From contig JAHLLH010000008.1 in the NCBI GenBank assembly GCA_020444265.1, forward strand, positions 58,945-122,944: 64,000 nucleotides of DNA. The letters are read 5' to 3'. The translations under genes were made by a program, and so were the position numbers. Position 1 is the stretch's first letter; every line of letters begins with the position of its first letter. The DNA is from a bacterium (GTDB lineage: Bacteria > Electryoneota > Electryoneia > Electryoneales > Electryoneaceae). The notes beneath the pieces are model-generated. The model did not search any database. It was not told where the DNA came from and saw only the letters and a program-made list of their open reading frames with translations. Of the stretch, positions 36,911-44,824 are shown piece after piece.

Positions 36911-36936
36911 TGACGACGAGAAACAGCTACCACTGC

Positions 36937-39201
36937 CTACTTCTCGGTCAACTCGAAAACGCAGTCCCAATCATCCGGTGGCGGATTCTCGATGCAGATA
37001 ATGCAGCGTTCGAGGTAGGTCTTGGAGGGACCATCTTCCGGGTCAATGGCGAGGGCCTGTTCGAACTTTGCTTTACCCTCGGCGAACATCCTGCTTCGGT
37101 AGAGCTCGATGCCCTCGTTGTAGAGGGGGATCACATCTCGGTGGCCGGTCAGAAGGTTGTCGAGGTCCTCGCCCATCAGCTCGTAGACTCGGACCGGCTC
37201 GCCTTTGCCTTTCACACGGAGATCGTCCAGCATACGGGTGACAAAGGTTTCGTTTACATCCGCCCAGGTCTCCGGGCCGATCATGATCGTGGTGCCGTAG
37301 GATTTGTTGGCCCCTTCGAGACGGCTGGCCAGATTGACCGCATCGCCCATCACCGTGTAATCGAAGACTTCCAGGCACCCCATATTCCCGACAATCATCG
37401 GGCCGGTGTTGATCCCTACACGGCTGGCGAGACGTGGAATGCCACGTTCTTCCCACCCCCCGCGCAGTTCCCCGAGACGACGCTGCATCTTCAGCGCTGC
37501 ACGGCATGCCCAGGTGGCATGATCCTCGAAGAAGACGGGTGCGCCCCATTCTGCCATGATCAGGTCGCCCTCGTACTTGTCGATAATACCCTCGTTATCG
37601 AGGATGATGTTCGACATTTCCGAGAGGTATTCGTTGAGCAGGCCGACCAGTTCTTCCGGGCTCATCTTTTCCGAGATGCTGGTGAAGCCGGCGACATCGG
37701 TGAAGAGGGCAGTCATCCTTCGACGTTCACCACCCAGCTTTAACATATCCGGGTTCTGGATCAGTTCGCTGACCACTTTTTGCGGGACATACTGGGCGAA
37801 CATGCCACGGATCATCGCCTTTTCACGCTGCTCGAGAATTGCATGGTAGAGAGTGGTCGCTAAATAGGCGATCACAATCGAGGTCAATGGTGCAATAAGC
37901 GCGACCCAGATCCTGTGTTCGATGAAGAGGTAGAAGACAATAATGGTCAGGACGAGACCGAGACCGAGGGTAAACAATGAGCCAGTAACCAGCTTGGTCG
38001 AGTTGTTGAGCAGGAAGACCAGGATGGTGAGGGTCAGGATCAAGAGGTATTCCCAAACCGGGGGCACGTTGTAGATGTAGGCTTCGTCGAGGATGGTCTG
38101 CAGAGCATTTGCATGAGTCTCGACGCCCGGTGTTTCAATCAGGTCCTTGCGACCGTCGGGAGAGGTATAGGAATAGAACGGGGTCCGTTTCAGGTCCTGC
38201 AGTTCAGCGGTCGAGGCGCCGAGGAAAACAATCTTGTCCCGGAACGGATTCGCACTACGCAGCTCACGGAAGGGTTCGACCGCTTCGGGCGGCAGCAACA
38301 TTTCCAGCAAGGCGAATTGCTCATCGCTCATCGTGAACCACTTCATATAGTCGGTATCATCGACAAGCAGATCGAAATCTTCGGTGTCGAGCACATGGGC
38401 GAAGCTGAAGGTGGGGAAGGTTCTGGCTGGGCCGTAGAAGTTGGTCAACATGGTTGGCTCGCCATCACTCGCCATTCGTGGAATCTCAAAGGAGCCGAAT
38501 TTGACCCCGTGGTCGGTCGGGTAAAGGCGTGCGGTGTCAGGGATATCAGCGAGTAGCTGAAGCGCCTTTACCCCGAGTGGCAGCCAGCTTGTCGAGTCAA
38601 CATGGATAAAGATCGGGTACTGACGTGTGAAGCCGTCCGGGTCTTTAATCTCGTTGACAATTCCCTTCGCGACCCCTGTATCTGAGATTGGTTTGATTGG
38701 AACCAACGCCCGTTCGATCACCTCTTCGACTTTATCATTTCGGGTGAAGCTGATTTTGGCCGCGTGAATGATCTTGTCCTTGTACGTCTCAGTCGCATCG
38801 GCGAGAGCCTGGTCCTCCGCCGGGTCGGAGGGTTCGAGGAACTGGACGTCGAATACGATCAGGCGTGCACCTGCGGCGAAGAGATTTTCGACCATCTTCG
38901 CGTAATAGGAACGTGGAAAGGGGTAGCGTTGCGGCAGTGTCGAGAAGGATTCATCATCAAGGTCGACAATGATGATGTCGCTGTGGTCCACCGATTCCGG
39001 GCCACGGATCAGAAAGCGGGCATCGTAACTTTTCAGTTCGAGGTCGTAGAGGATGCCGAGGCGCCCACCAAGCATAGAAATCGCCGCAAGCGCAGCGCTC
39101 GCAAGGATTCCAAGCCACCAGGAAACCCTTTTTTTACCCTTCGATGGACTGGCATCGTTGGGCCCTGGTTCAGCACCATTTGTGCCCGGCATGCGAGCCA
39201 C
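36937..39201 (-). CDS. CHASE2-sensor class III adenylate/guanylate cyclase (probably an adenylate cyclase)
   Basis: N-terminal TM, a periplasmic region of about 330 aa (CHASE2-like: IIIVDLDDESF...PFPRSYYAKMVENL...GARLIVFDV), and 3 TM helices. The cyclase core has RRRMTALFTDVAGFTSISE, IDKYEGDLIMAEWGAP, VGINTGPMIVGNMG and FDYTVMGDAVNLASRLE. A short TPR-like tail follows. Confidence 0.85.
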   Translation of the reverse strand: MARMPGTNGAEPGPNDASPSKGKKRVSWWLGILASAALAAISMLGGRLGILYDLELKSYDARFLIRGPESVDHSDIIIVDLDDESFSTLPQRYPFPRSYYAKMVENLFAAGARLIVFDVQFLEPSDPAEDQALADATETYKDKIIHAAKISFTRNDKVEEVIERALVPIKPISDTGVAKGIVNEIKDPDGFTRQYPIFIHVDSTSWLPLGVKALQLLADIPDTARLYPTDHGVKFGSFEIPRMASDGEPTMLTNFYGPARTFPTFSFAHVLDTEDFDLLVDDTDYMKWFTMSDEQFALLEMLLPPEAVEPFRELRSANPFRDKIVFLGASTAELQDLKRTPFYSYTSPDGRKDLIETPGVETHANALQTILDEAYIYNVPPVWEYLLILTLTILVFLLNNSTKLVTGSLFTLGLGLVLTIIVFYLFIEHRIWVALIAPLTSIVIAYLATTLYHAILEQREKAMIRGMFAQYVPQKVVSELIQNPDMLKLGGERRRMTALFTDVAGFTSISEKMSPEELVGLLNEYLSEMSNIILDNEGIIDKYEGDLIMAEWGAPVFFEDHATWACRAALKMQRRLGELRGGWEERGIPRLASRVGINTGPMIVGNMGCLEVFDYTVMGDAVNLASRLEGANKSYGTTIMIGPETWADVNETFVTRMLDDLRVKGKGEPVRVYELMGEDLDNLLTGHRDVIPLYNEGIELYRSRMFAEGKAKFEQALAIDPEDGPSKTYLERCIICIENPPPDDWDCVFELTEK

Positions 39202-39204
39202 CTG

Positions 39205-41799
39205 TTAGAATCGCACCTGGTAGGTCAGCATCGCGAGGATGTCGTCACGATCCAGCACAGGCGGCTGATCGACGGTCTGGCCGTCATTGACGATGATGTC
39301 CTCGTTGACACTGAAACGTTCACCGTTCCAGTATTCGAACTGACCATTTTCCGTATACATCGTGTAGCTGATGTCGAGCAGGATCTGGTGGTTCTTCCCG
39401 ATGTCCCAGCGGGCACCCATCAACCACTCAATGTCGCTGAAATCGACGTGCAACGAACGAATCGTGCGTTTACGAAGCTCTTCAACCTCAACAGGGTCAT
39501 AATCCGGAGATGTCGGATCGTAGGCACTCGCCGGATCAATGTGAATCACACTGTTGACACCACTCCCGAGGGTGATACGAGGGCCGAAATAGGGGACCAG
39601 CGTACGGTTAAACAGGAAGTAATCCGCACGAAGGGTGATCAGGTTAAAGCTGAGGTCCGTCAGCCCACCGATGGATGTCTGGGACGAGTTTGAGAAGTTC
39701 GCACGGGTCATCAAGGGCATGTCGTAGCGGGTGCGCACACCGAACGCCAGCATGTTGGTCGATGCTTCCCCGAGGGTGTTGTAGCTGTCCGCACGGTCCG
39801 AAGTAGTCATCGCGAAGGTCAACTGGTTGCTGGTTCCCCTGTAATAAAGATTCTGCATCAGGGAAAGCGTAATGATGTCGGTCGTGTTTTCCTTGCGCGT
39901 ATCGATTGTATCGATGATTGTCGGCTGAGATGGATCAGGAGCGTAGGTGCTGAACGTACCGTCGTTGGTGTTCAGGTTGTTGCGGTAACTGAGGTTGACA
40001 TCCGGTAAGACATCCCCGGTATACGCGTTGATCGAAGCGAACACCACATCCTGGGTATTGCGGATGTCACCCTTGCCGGTCACGTTGTCCCAGTAGTGCT
40101 CCATGCCGCCTTCGATATAGAGCCGGCTCTTGAAGAGTCGGAGACGGTCCTTGAAGTAGTAGCCCTGCTTGTCGTTGAGCAGGGTCGGGTTACCCATCGT
40201 CCGGAAAGAGCGGTTGATCAGCTTGTAGCCGGCTTGCAAGTCGTTGTTGAGGTAGCGGATACGCAAGCGGGTTTTATGGGACAAAGCATTGCCCAGGATC
40301 GATCCCACCACCTTGTTGACATCCAGACTACCCGTGGTGTCAATGCCTTCCGCCGGAAGCGGATCAAAATACTGGTTGATCCAGATAATGTTCTGGTAAT
40401 CCTTCACATCATCCAGCGCGGGTTCGGAGGTATTTTCGTTGAAGAGGGACAAGGCGACCTGGCTGGTCAGGGTGATGCGACGACGGTCGAGATACATTTC
40501 GAGGTCAGCACCTGTTACCAGGTTGTCCTTCGGGTTCTCCCCATAATCGATTGATGTGATGTCATCCTTCGCCTTCATGGTGGTAAAGCCGATCATGAAG
40601 GTGTTGGGCTTCCCGAAGGAGACACGTGCCGCACCCAGCCAACGACGGTAGGTACCGGGGGCAAAGGTGGTGTCCATGAAGGGTATGTCGTCTTCGGTTG
40701 TATCCGGTGTGATCGAAATAAGGTCAGCATCAATCGGACGGGTCAGGTTACCGTAAATCATCTGGAGTCGGGCCGCGCCGGCATTCATGTCGAGCGAGGT
40801 ACCGCGGATGCGGCGGCCCCATAGGATCAGCTCGTTGTAACGTGGCTTGATGTCACCATAGCGCAGGCGGAAGGAGGGCCAGCCTGCGGTGACCAGGTAA
40901 CGGTGCTGCGGTTGCAGGGAACCTTGTTCTTCACTGGTTAAACGACCCGAACCTGTCAGAGCGAATGAACCGGCAGAGGCGCGAATATTGAAGCTTTCAC
41001 GGAAGATGTTCTGAGCATCGCCATTGTATTTCTGGTGGCGCAACTCCGATGTGAAGTTGGCCTGCACATACTCACTGACGCGGAACGATCCTTCTCCTTC
41101 GGGCACCCAGGTAAAGCTCCAGGACCCGAGGTTTTCCATGCCTTCCGGTCCCATGTAGTCGATGTCGAGACGTTGACGGCCTTTGTTCTGCAAACGAGGG
41201 ATGACGACTGTGAGCAGCTCAGTGGAAACATCCGCCTGGTTGGTCCGGTCACGACCATTGATCCGCATCCGAATTTTTGTCACATCAATCTCACGTGCCG
41301 CCTGGTTAAAGGCGACCGCGATCAGCAAGCGACCTTCTACTTCTGTGAAGGGTGTAGGACTGATCAGGATGACCGGCTCTTCCGGCTGGCTGGAAGCCGC
41401 ACCGCGAACATTTACTTCAACCGGGGATGTGATCGGATTGTTGGCGGGGAAGGTGTAGCTCGACCCATCATCAAGAATAATTTCGATGAAATAGTCAAGT
41501 CCTTCGACGACGATGTACTGAGCTTCAATTTCCGCACTAAAATTGCCTGCAGAATAGTACATCTCCTCGAAATCGTAAACTTCCTGGTTGCGGGTCTTAA
41601 ACCACAATTTGGCTTCGAGGATGTCGGTCTGGGATACCTCACCTTCAAGGAAGGCTTCGACGGTTAGTGGCTTGCCTTCTTCAGCGAACGAAATTGGGGT
41701 GTGTACCACTCGAACGGTACCGTATTGCGCAAATGCTGAAGTGAGTGGAAACAGAAGAGCGAGACAAGCGAGAAGAACAGTCTTCCCTGCAAAGCGCAT
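39205..41799 (-). CDS. Large outer-membrane beta-barrel protein with N-terminal Ig-like modules; family unknown
   Basis: Signal peptide MRFAGKTVLLACLALLFPLTSAFAQ. About 600 aa of alternating polar/aromatic strands. The C-terminus is ...AMLTYQVRF (terminal Phe). The stop lies 3 nt before the cyclase start. Confidence 0.6.
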   Translation of the reverse strand: MRFAGKTVLLACLALLFPLTSAFAQYGTVRVVHTPISFAEEGKPLTVEAFLEGEVSQTDILEAKLWFKTRNQEVYDFEEMYYSAGNFSAEIEAQYIVVEGLDYFIEIILDDGSSYTFPANNPITSPVEVNVRGAASSQPEEPVILISPTPFTEVEGRLLIAVAFNQAAREIDVTKIRMRINGRDRTNQADVSTELLTVVIPRLQNKGRQRLDIDYMGPEGMENLGSWSFTWVPEGEGSFRVSEYVQANFTSELRHQKYNGDAQNIFRESFNIRASAGSFALTGSGRLTSEEQGSLQPQHRYLVTAGWPSFRLRYGDIKPRYNELILWGRRIRGTSLDMNAGAARLQMIYGNLTRPIDADLISITPDTTEDDIPFMDTTFAPGTYRRWLGAARVSFGKPNTFMIGFTTMKAKDDITSIDYGENPKDNLVTGADLEMYLDRRRITLTSQVALSLFNENTSEPALDDVKDYQNIIWINQYFDPLPAEGIDTTGSLDVNKVVGSILGNALSHKTRLRIRYLNNDLQAGYKLINRSFRTMGNPTLLNDKQGYYFKDRLRLFKSRLYIEGGMEHYWDNVTGKGDIRNTQDVVFASINAYTGDVLPDVNLSYRNNLNTNDGTFSTYAPDPSQPTIIDTIDTRKENTTDIITLSLMQNLYYRGTSNQLTFAMTTSDRADSYNTLGEASTNMLAFGVRTRYDMPLMTRANFSNSSQTSIGGLTDLSFNLITLRADYFLFNRTLVPYFGPRITLGSGVNSVIHIDPASAYDPTSPDYDPVEVEELRKRTIRSLHVDFSDIEWLMGARWDIGKNHQILLDISYTMYTENGQFEYWNGERFSVNEDIIVNDGQTVDQPPVLDRDDILAMLTYQVRF

Positions 41800-41965
41800 G
41801 GTATCTCCTCCACCGATGCGTTCACATCGGAACCAGCGTTAAACGAAGTCACTCAAAAAGTCAAGGGTGGCAGACGACCGGGTTACCCGATCGCCTGCCA
41901 CAAAAAGATGTATCAAAAGGTCCTGCCTGGCCCGGCCAGCCTGGATGGACCTTTACAATCCAGTA

Positions 41966-42682
41966 TTACTGATTATCCTGGTACTGGATGATGATCGTTT
42001 TCTCGTTTCCTTCATCATCGAGGAACCTGATTTCAATCGACTTCAGGTCAAACGTTTCCTCGGTGAAGTCCGGAACGTCAATATCTTCGAGGGTCACTTC
42101 TTCAATCGAACCGGATGGGTCGATGTTCGCGCCCATACCAGCGCCGACATCAACCGTTTGACCCGTTATCAGGGAGAGCATTTCAATCAATCCCTGAAGG
42201 GTCAAAACCTGTGAAGAGCCATCCTCGTTGACAATGACCCAGAATTCGGTGCCCTTGACCGATGCCACCGAGGTCGGTGTCGCAATCTGGAGGGCACCTT
42301 TCTGCTTGGTCACATCCGCGAACAACTCACCCAATTCCATGTTGACACGCTTTGAGATGCTGTAATCCTCATCGCGCTCACCGTCCACCGTGATTGCAGT
42401 GTTCGGACGGATTTTCAGTTGGGTTTTATCATCTGTGAAGACGATGGAGATGAACCCATCATTCCCGGTGCGCAATTTGTCGCCAGCGTTCAGCACGGCG
42501 CCAAAGTTGGCGCTTTTCCAGGGGGCATCACCCTTCTTCAGCTCGGCATCTCCTTTTGCAGTCAGGATCACTGCAATGGATTTGGATGCCTCTTTTTCCT
42601 CTTCTTGAGCCCACGCCGCTCCGGCCAGCAGCCCGGCAAGAAGCAAACCCAGGGTCAGGGTACGAACGAATCGCAACGACAT
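41966..42682 (-). CDS. FecR-domain periplasmic protein
   Basis: Signal peptide MSLRFVRTLTLGLLLAGLLAGAAWAQ. GDKLRTGNDGFISIVFTDDKTQLKIRPNTAITV and VASVKGTEFWV are FecR-type beta-sandwich blocks. No TM or anti-sigma domain. Confidence 0.7.
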   Translation of the reverse strand: MSLRFVRTLTLGLLLAGLLAGAAWAQEEEKEASKSIAVILTAKGDAELKKGDAPWKSANFGAVLNAGDKLRTGNDGFISIVFTDDKTQLKIRPNTAITVDGERDEDYSISKRVNMELGELFADVTKQKGALQIATPTSVASVKGTEFWVIVNEDGSSQVLTLQGLIEMLSLITGQTVDVGAGMGANIDPSGSIEEVTLEDIDVPDFTEETFDLKSIEIRFLDDEGNEKTIIIQYQDNQ

Positions 42683-42706
42683 GAGAAATCCTCCCTGAGT
42701 GCCGGA

Positions 42707-43909
42707 CTATTCTTCCAAGCCGACAGTGATGATCGTGATGTTCGGGTTGTTCAGCAGGCTCATCAGGTCCTGTTGGGTAAAGCCGCTGATACCGTCAATG
42801 GTGAGGTCTTCGTACGTGAAACCTTGAAGCTCATTCATCAGGTTCTGCATCACGTCCGAGGGAAGCATCCCGGAAAGCTGATCCAACAGCGGATCATTGC
42901 CGCCCTGGGTTGTGCCACCGCTACCTCCACCGACATTGCCACCTGTCGTTCCGCCACCTGTACCCGGATCTTCAGCCGCATAGGTGAAGCTGAAGACATT
43001 TGAGTCGAACTCACGCCCCTCACCTGGAACAACGGTATTCACGTTAAAACGGACCATCCAGTAGTAGGTGGCGCCGGGGGTCAGGCTGCGTTCCTCGCCT
43101 GCGAAGCCGGTGTAAGTGTACGAATCCAATAGTGCAGGGCTGCCCCTGAACATCGTGTTGGAAGAGTTCGCGGATGAAATGACTGTTTCACCATCTTCAC
43201 CGGGATCACCTTCCACGATGATCAGTTCAATTTCGTTCGCGTTGAGGTTACTTGAACCGGTCCAATCCCAGGTGAAAAAGATGGGGAGTGCAGTGATCTC
43301 TTCGCCCTCGTCCGGCGACTGAAGTTGGGGAGAGGAGGGATTGAAGACCTGTACCTGCTGCAACTGGATGCCGTTGGCAAGTGGGCTGCCTTTTTCGCCA
43401 CCTTCCTCGTTTGGCTCGACAGCAAAAACGGTTACTGTCAGGATGTAGACGCCACTGGAGAGGTTGCTGCCATCCAACAGGTCGAGGAAGGTCTCGAGAT
43501 CTCCATAATAGCTCTCGTCCCGCTCGCCTAGTTCAAGATTGTCCAACTCGACATTATTGTAGACACCGTTTCGACCCGGACCATTGATCCAATCACGAAG
43601 CTGGAAGTTGCTTGAGACGTAATTGACCAGCACCAATCCAGCTGTTTCAAGGCGAACCTCCAAAACCATCCAGTCATCGAGTTCATCAGGTGTTGAGTTG
43701 GTGATCTCGACTTCGAACAACTCAGGGAGTGTGCTCAGGTCAATGTCTTCGTCGCCTTGAATCGCATCGATGTCGACAATATCGCCGACAGGGAAGATCT
43801 GCGGGTTGGATGCAACAAAACGCGTTTGCACCTGGATTGCACCAACTGGAGATGCAAGTACCAAACCCAGCAGAACTGTTGCGACCCAGTAAAGGCTGCG
43901 TCGCGTCAT
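42707..43909 (-). CDS. Secreted acidic protein with a Gly/Thr-rich tract; no recognisable family
   Basis: ATG 43909 (GGAGGGG upstream) gives MTRRSLYWVATVLLGLVLASPVGAIQ. Internal tract GTGGGTTGGNVGGGSGGTTQGG. The ORF-track start 43996 adds 29 aa. Confidence 0.6.
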   Translation of the reverse strand: MTRRSLYWVATVLLGLVLASPVGAIQVQTRFVASNPQIFPVGDIVDIDAIQGDEDIDLSTLPELFEVEITNSTPDELDDWMVLEVRLETAGLVLVNYVSSNFQLRDWINGPGRNGVYNNVELDNLELGERDESYYGDLETFLDLLDGSNLSSGVYILTVTVFAVEPNEEGGEKGSPLANGIQLQQVQVFNPSSPQLQSPDEGEEITALPIFFTWDWTGSSNLNANEIELIIVEGDPGEDGETVISSANSSNTMFRGSPALLDSYTYTGFAGEERSLTPGATYYWMVRFNVNTVVPGEGREFDSNVFSFTYAAEDPGTGGGTTGGNVGGGSGGTTQGGNDPLLDQLSGMLPSDVMQNLMNELQGFTYEDLTIDGISGFTQQDLMSLLNNPNITIITVGLEE

Positions 43910-44141
43910 AAGCCCCTCCAAAAAGGACGTTGACGGCGGCGGTGTGAACGAAACTACCGGAGAACAAGCCACCGTATACATACTTCTAAAGTACATGAAC
44001 TGGTGCGCAAACCTGTGTTCCCCATCACGATTTCAAAAATCGCTGGAGATTGTTCGGAACGCGTAAATGTAGAGAGTAAGGAAGCCTGAAACAATGAGAA
44101 ATCACAGCTGGAACAAGGAAAAAACAGGGGCTGAGGATGGT

Positions 44142-44669
44142 CTATTCCTCCGGGAGCGGGATGCTGCGATGAATACGCCAGGACCCATCCTCCTGCAGCT
44201 TCCAGATGGTGAGGAAGACTCCGGTGGAGTGATGCTCGATGTCCTCGTCGCCACTTGTCCAACTGTATGTGAAGTAACCGGTCTCATAGGCGTATGGATC
44301 CAGACGCCATAAATCAGAGCGCTCAAAAGAGACCTGGGCTGGTCCTAATTGTTTCATCCAGCGCTTCATGGCCTCGTGGATCTGTTTTGAACCAAACGTG
44401 ATAGAACCGTGTTCCCCAAGTAATGCACCATCTCTGTCGAAGAGAGCAGCCGCCTTTTCAGCGTCCTGGGTCCTGAACGCATGCACCCATCGTGCGTTCA
44501 TCACGTCAATATCTTCTGTCGCTTCCTCAACAGCACGGCTGAGAAGGCTGGGGTCAAGGTCAGTCTTCGATGAATCGGTGCCCGATTTCAACCCAGTCTG
44601 TGCCTGGGCGGGGACGAGGATCGAGATCATCAGAAGGACGAACAAACTCAAATGAACCTTGTGTCGCAT
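44142..44669 (-). CDS. Secreted SnoaL-like/DUF4440 (NTF2-fold) protein
   Basis: ATG 44669 (AGGAGA upstream) gives the signal peptide MRHKVHLSLFVLLMISILVPAQAQ. ARWVHAFRTQDAEKAAALFDRDGALLG...FLTIWKLQEDGSWRIHRS is typical of DUF4440. Confidence 0.55.
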   Translation of the reverse strand: MRHKVHLSLFVLLMISILVPAQAQTGLKSGTDSSKTDLDPSLLSRAVEEATEDIDVMNARWVHAFRTQDAEKAAALFDRDGALLGEHGSITFGSKQIHEAMKRWMKQLGPAQVSFERSDLWRLDPYAYETGYFTYSWTSGDEDIEHHSTGVFLTIWKLQEDGSWRIHRSIPLPEE

Positions 44670-44824
44670 CGGGGTCTCCTGATAGGCCTTGGGTATCGTG
44701 CAAACTCTACAGGCCGGATGCAAGCCCCAGATGAGCGGAAGCTTTCACCAAAGCCCGAAGAGAACTCCCGGTGTGCATCGACACATGTTTGCCGCCCGGC
44801 AAGCCGAGCCGTTAGCTTGCGTGC

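Noticed and set aside
36532-36970. ORFs of 70-144 aa on both strands inside the 512-nt spacer
   Set aside because: Their translations are Pro/Arg/Ser/Gly-rich and are generated by the palindromic repeats, so the same hairpins read in both directions. There are no plausible starts with RBS, and one ORF overlaps the cyclase stop.
38764-39693. 309-aa plus-strand ORF, plus other long antisense ORFs: 111..671, 9368..10027, 48421..49362, 60848..61675, 35492..35929, 19725..20105
   Set aside because: Each is antisense to a gene with strong family signatures (cyclase/OMP, lysS, prfB, mmdA, DUF1697/membrane protein, lpxL-like, spoIID). All have Arg/Pro/Gly-skewed, low-information translations.
39205-41799. 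The 864-aa outer-membrane protein as a TonB-dependent receptor (which would complete a FecA/FecR analogy)
   Set aside because: I could not see a TonB box or plug-domain blocks at the N-terminus. Instead there are two Ig-like modules. It is kept as a barrel of unknown family, and a profile or structure search is needed.
44670-44824. Replication origin at the strand-switch junction
   Set aside because: The spacer is only about 155 nt, has no visible DnaA-box repeats or AT-rich unwinding element, and has no dnaA/dnaN nearby.
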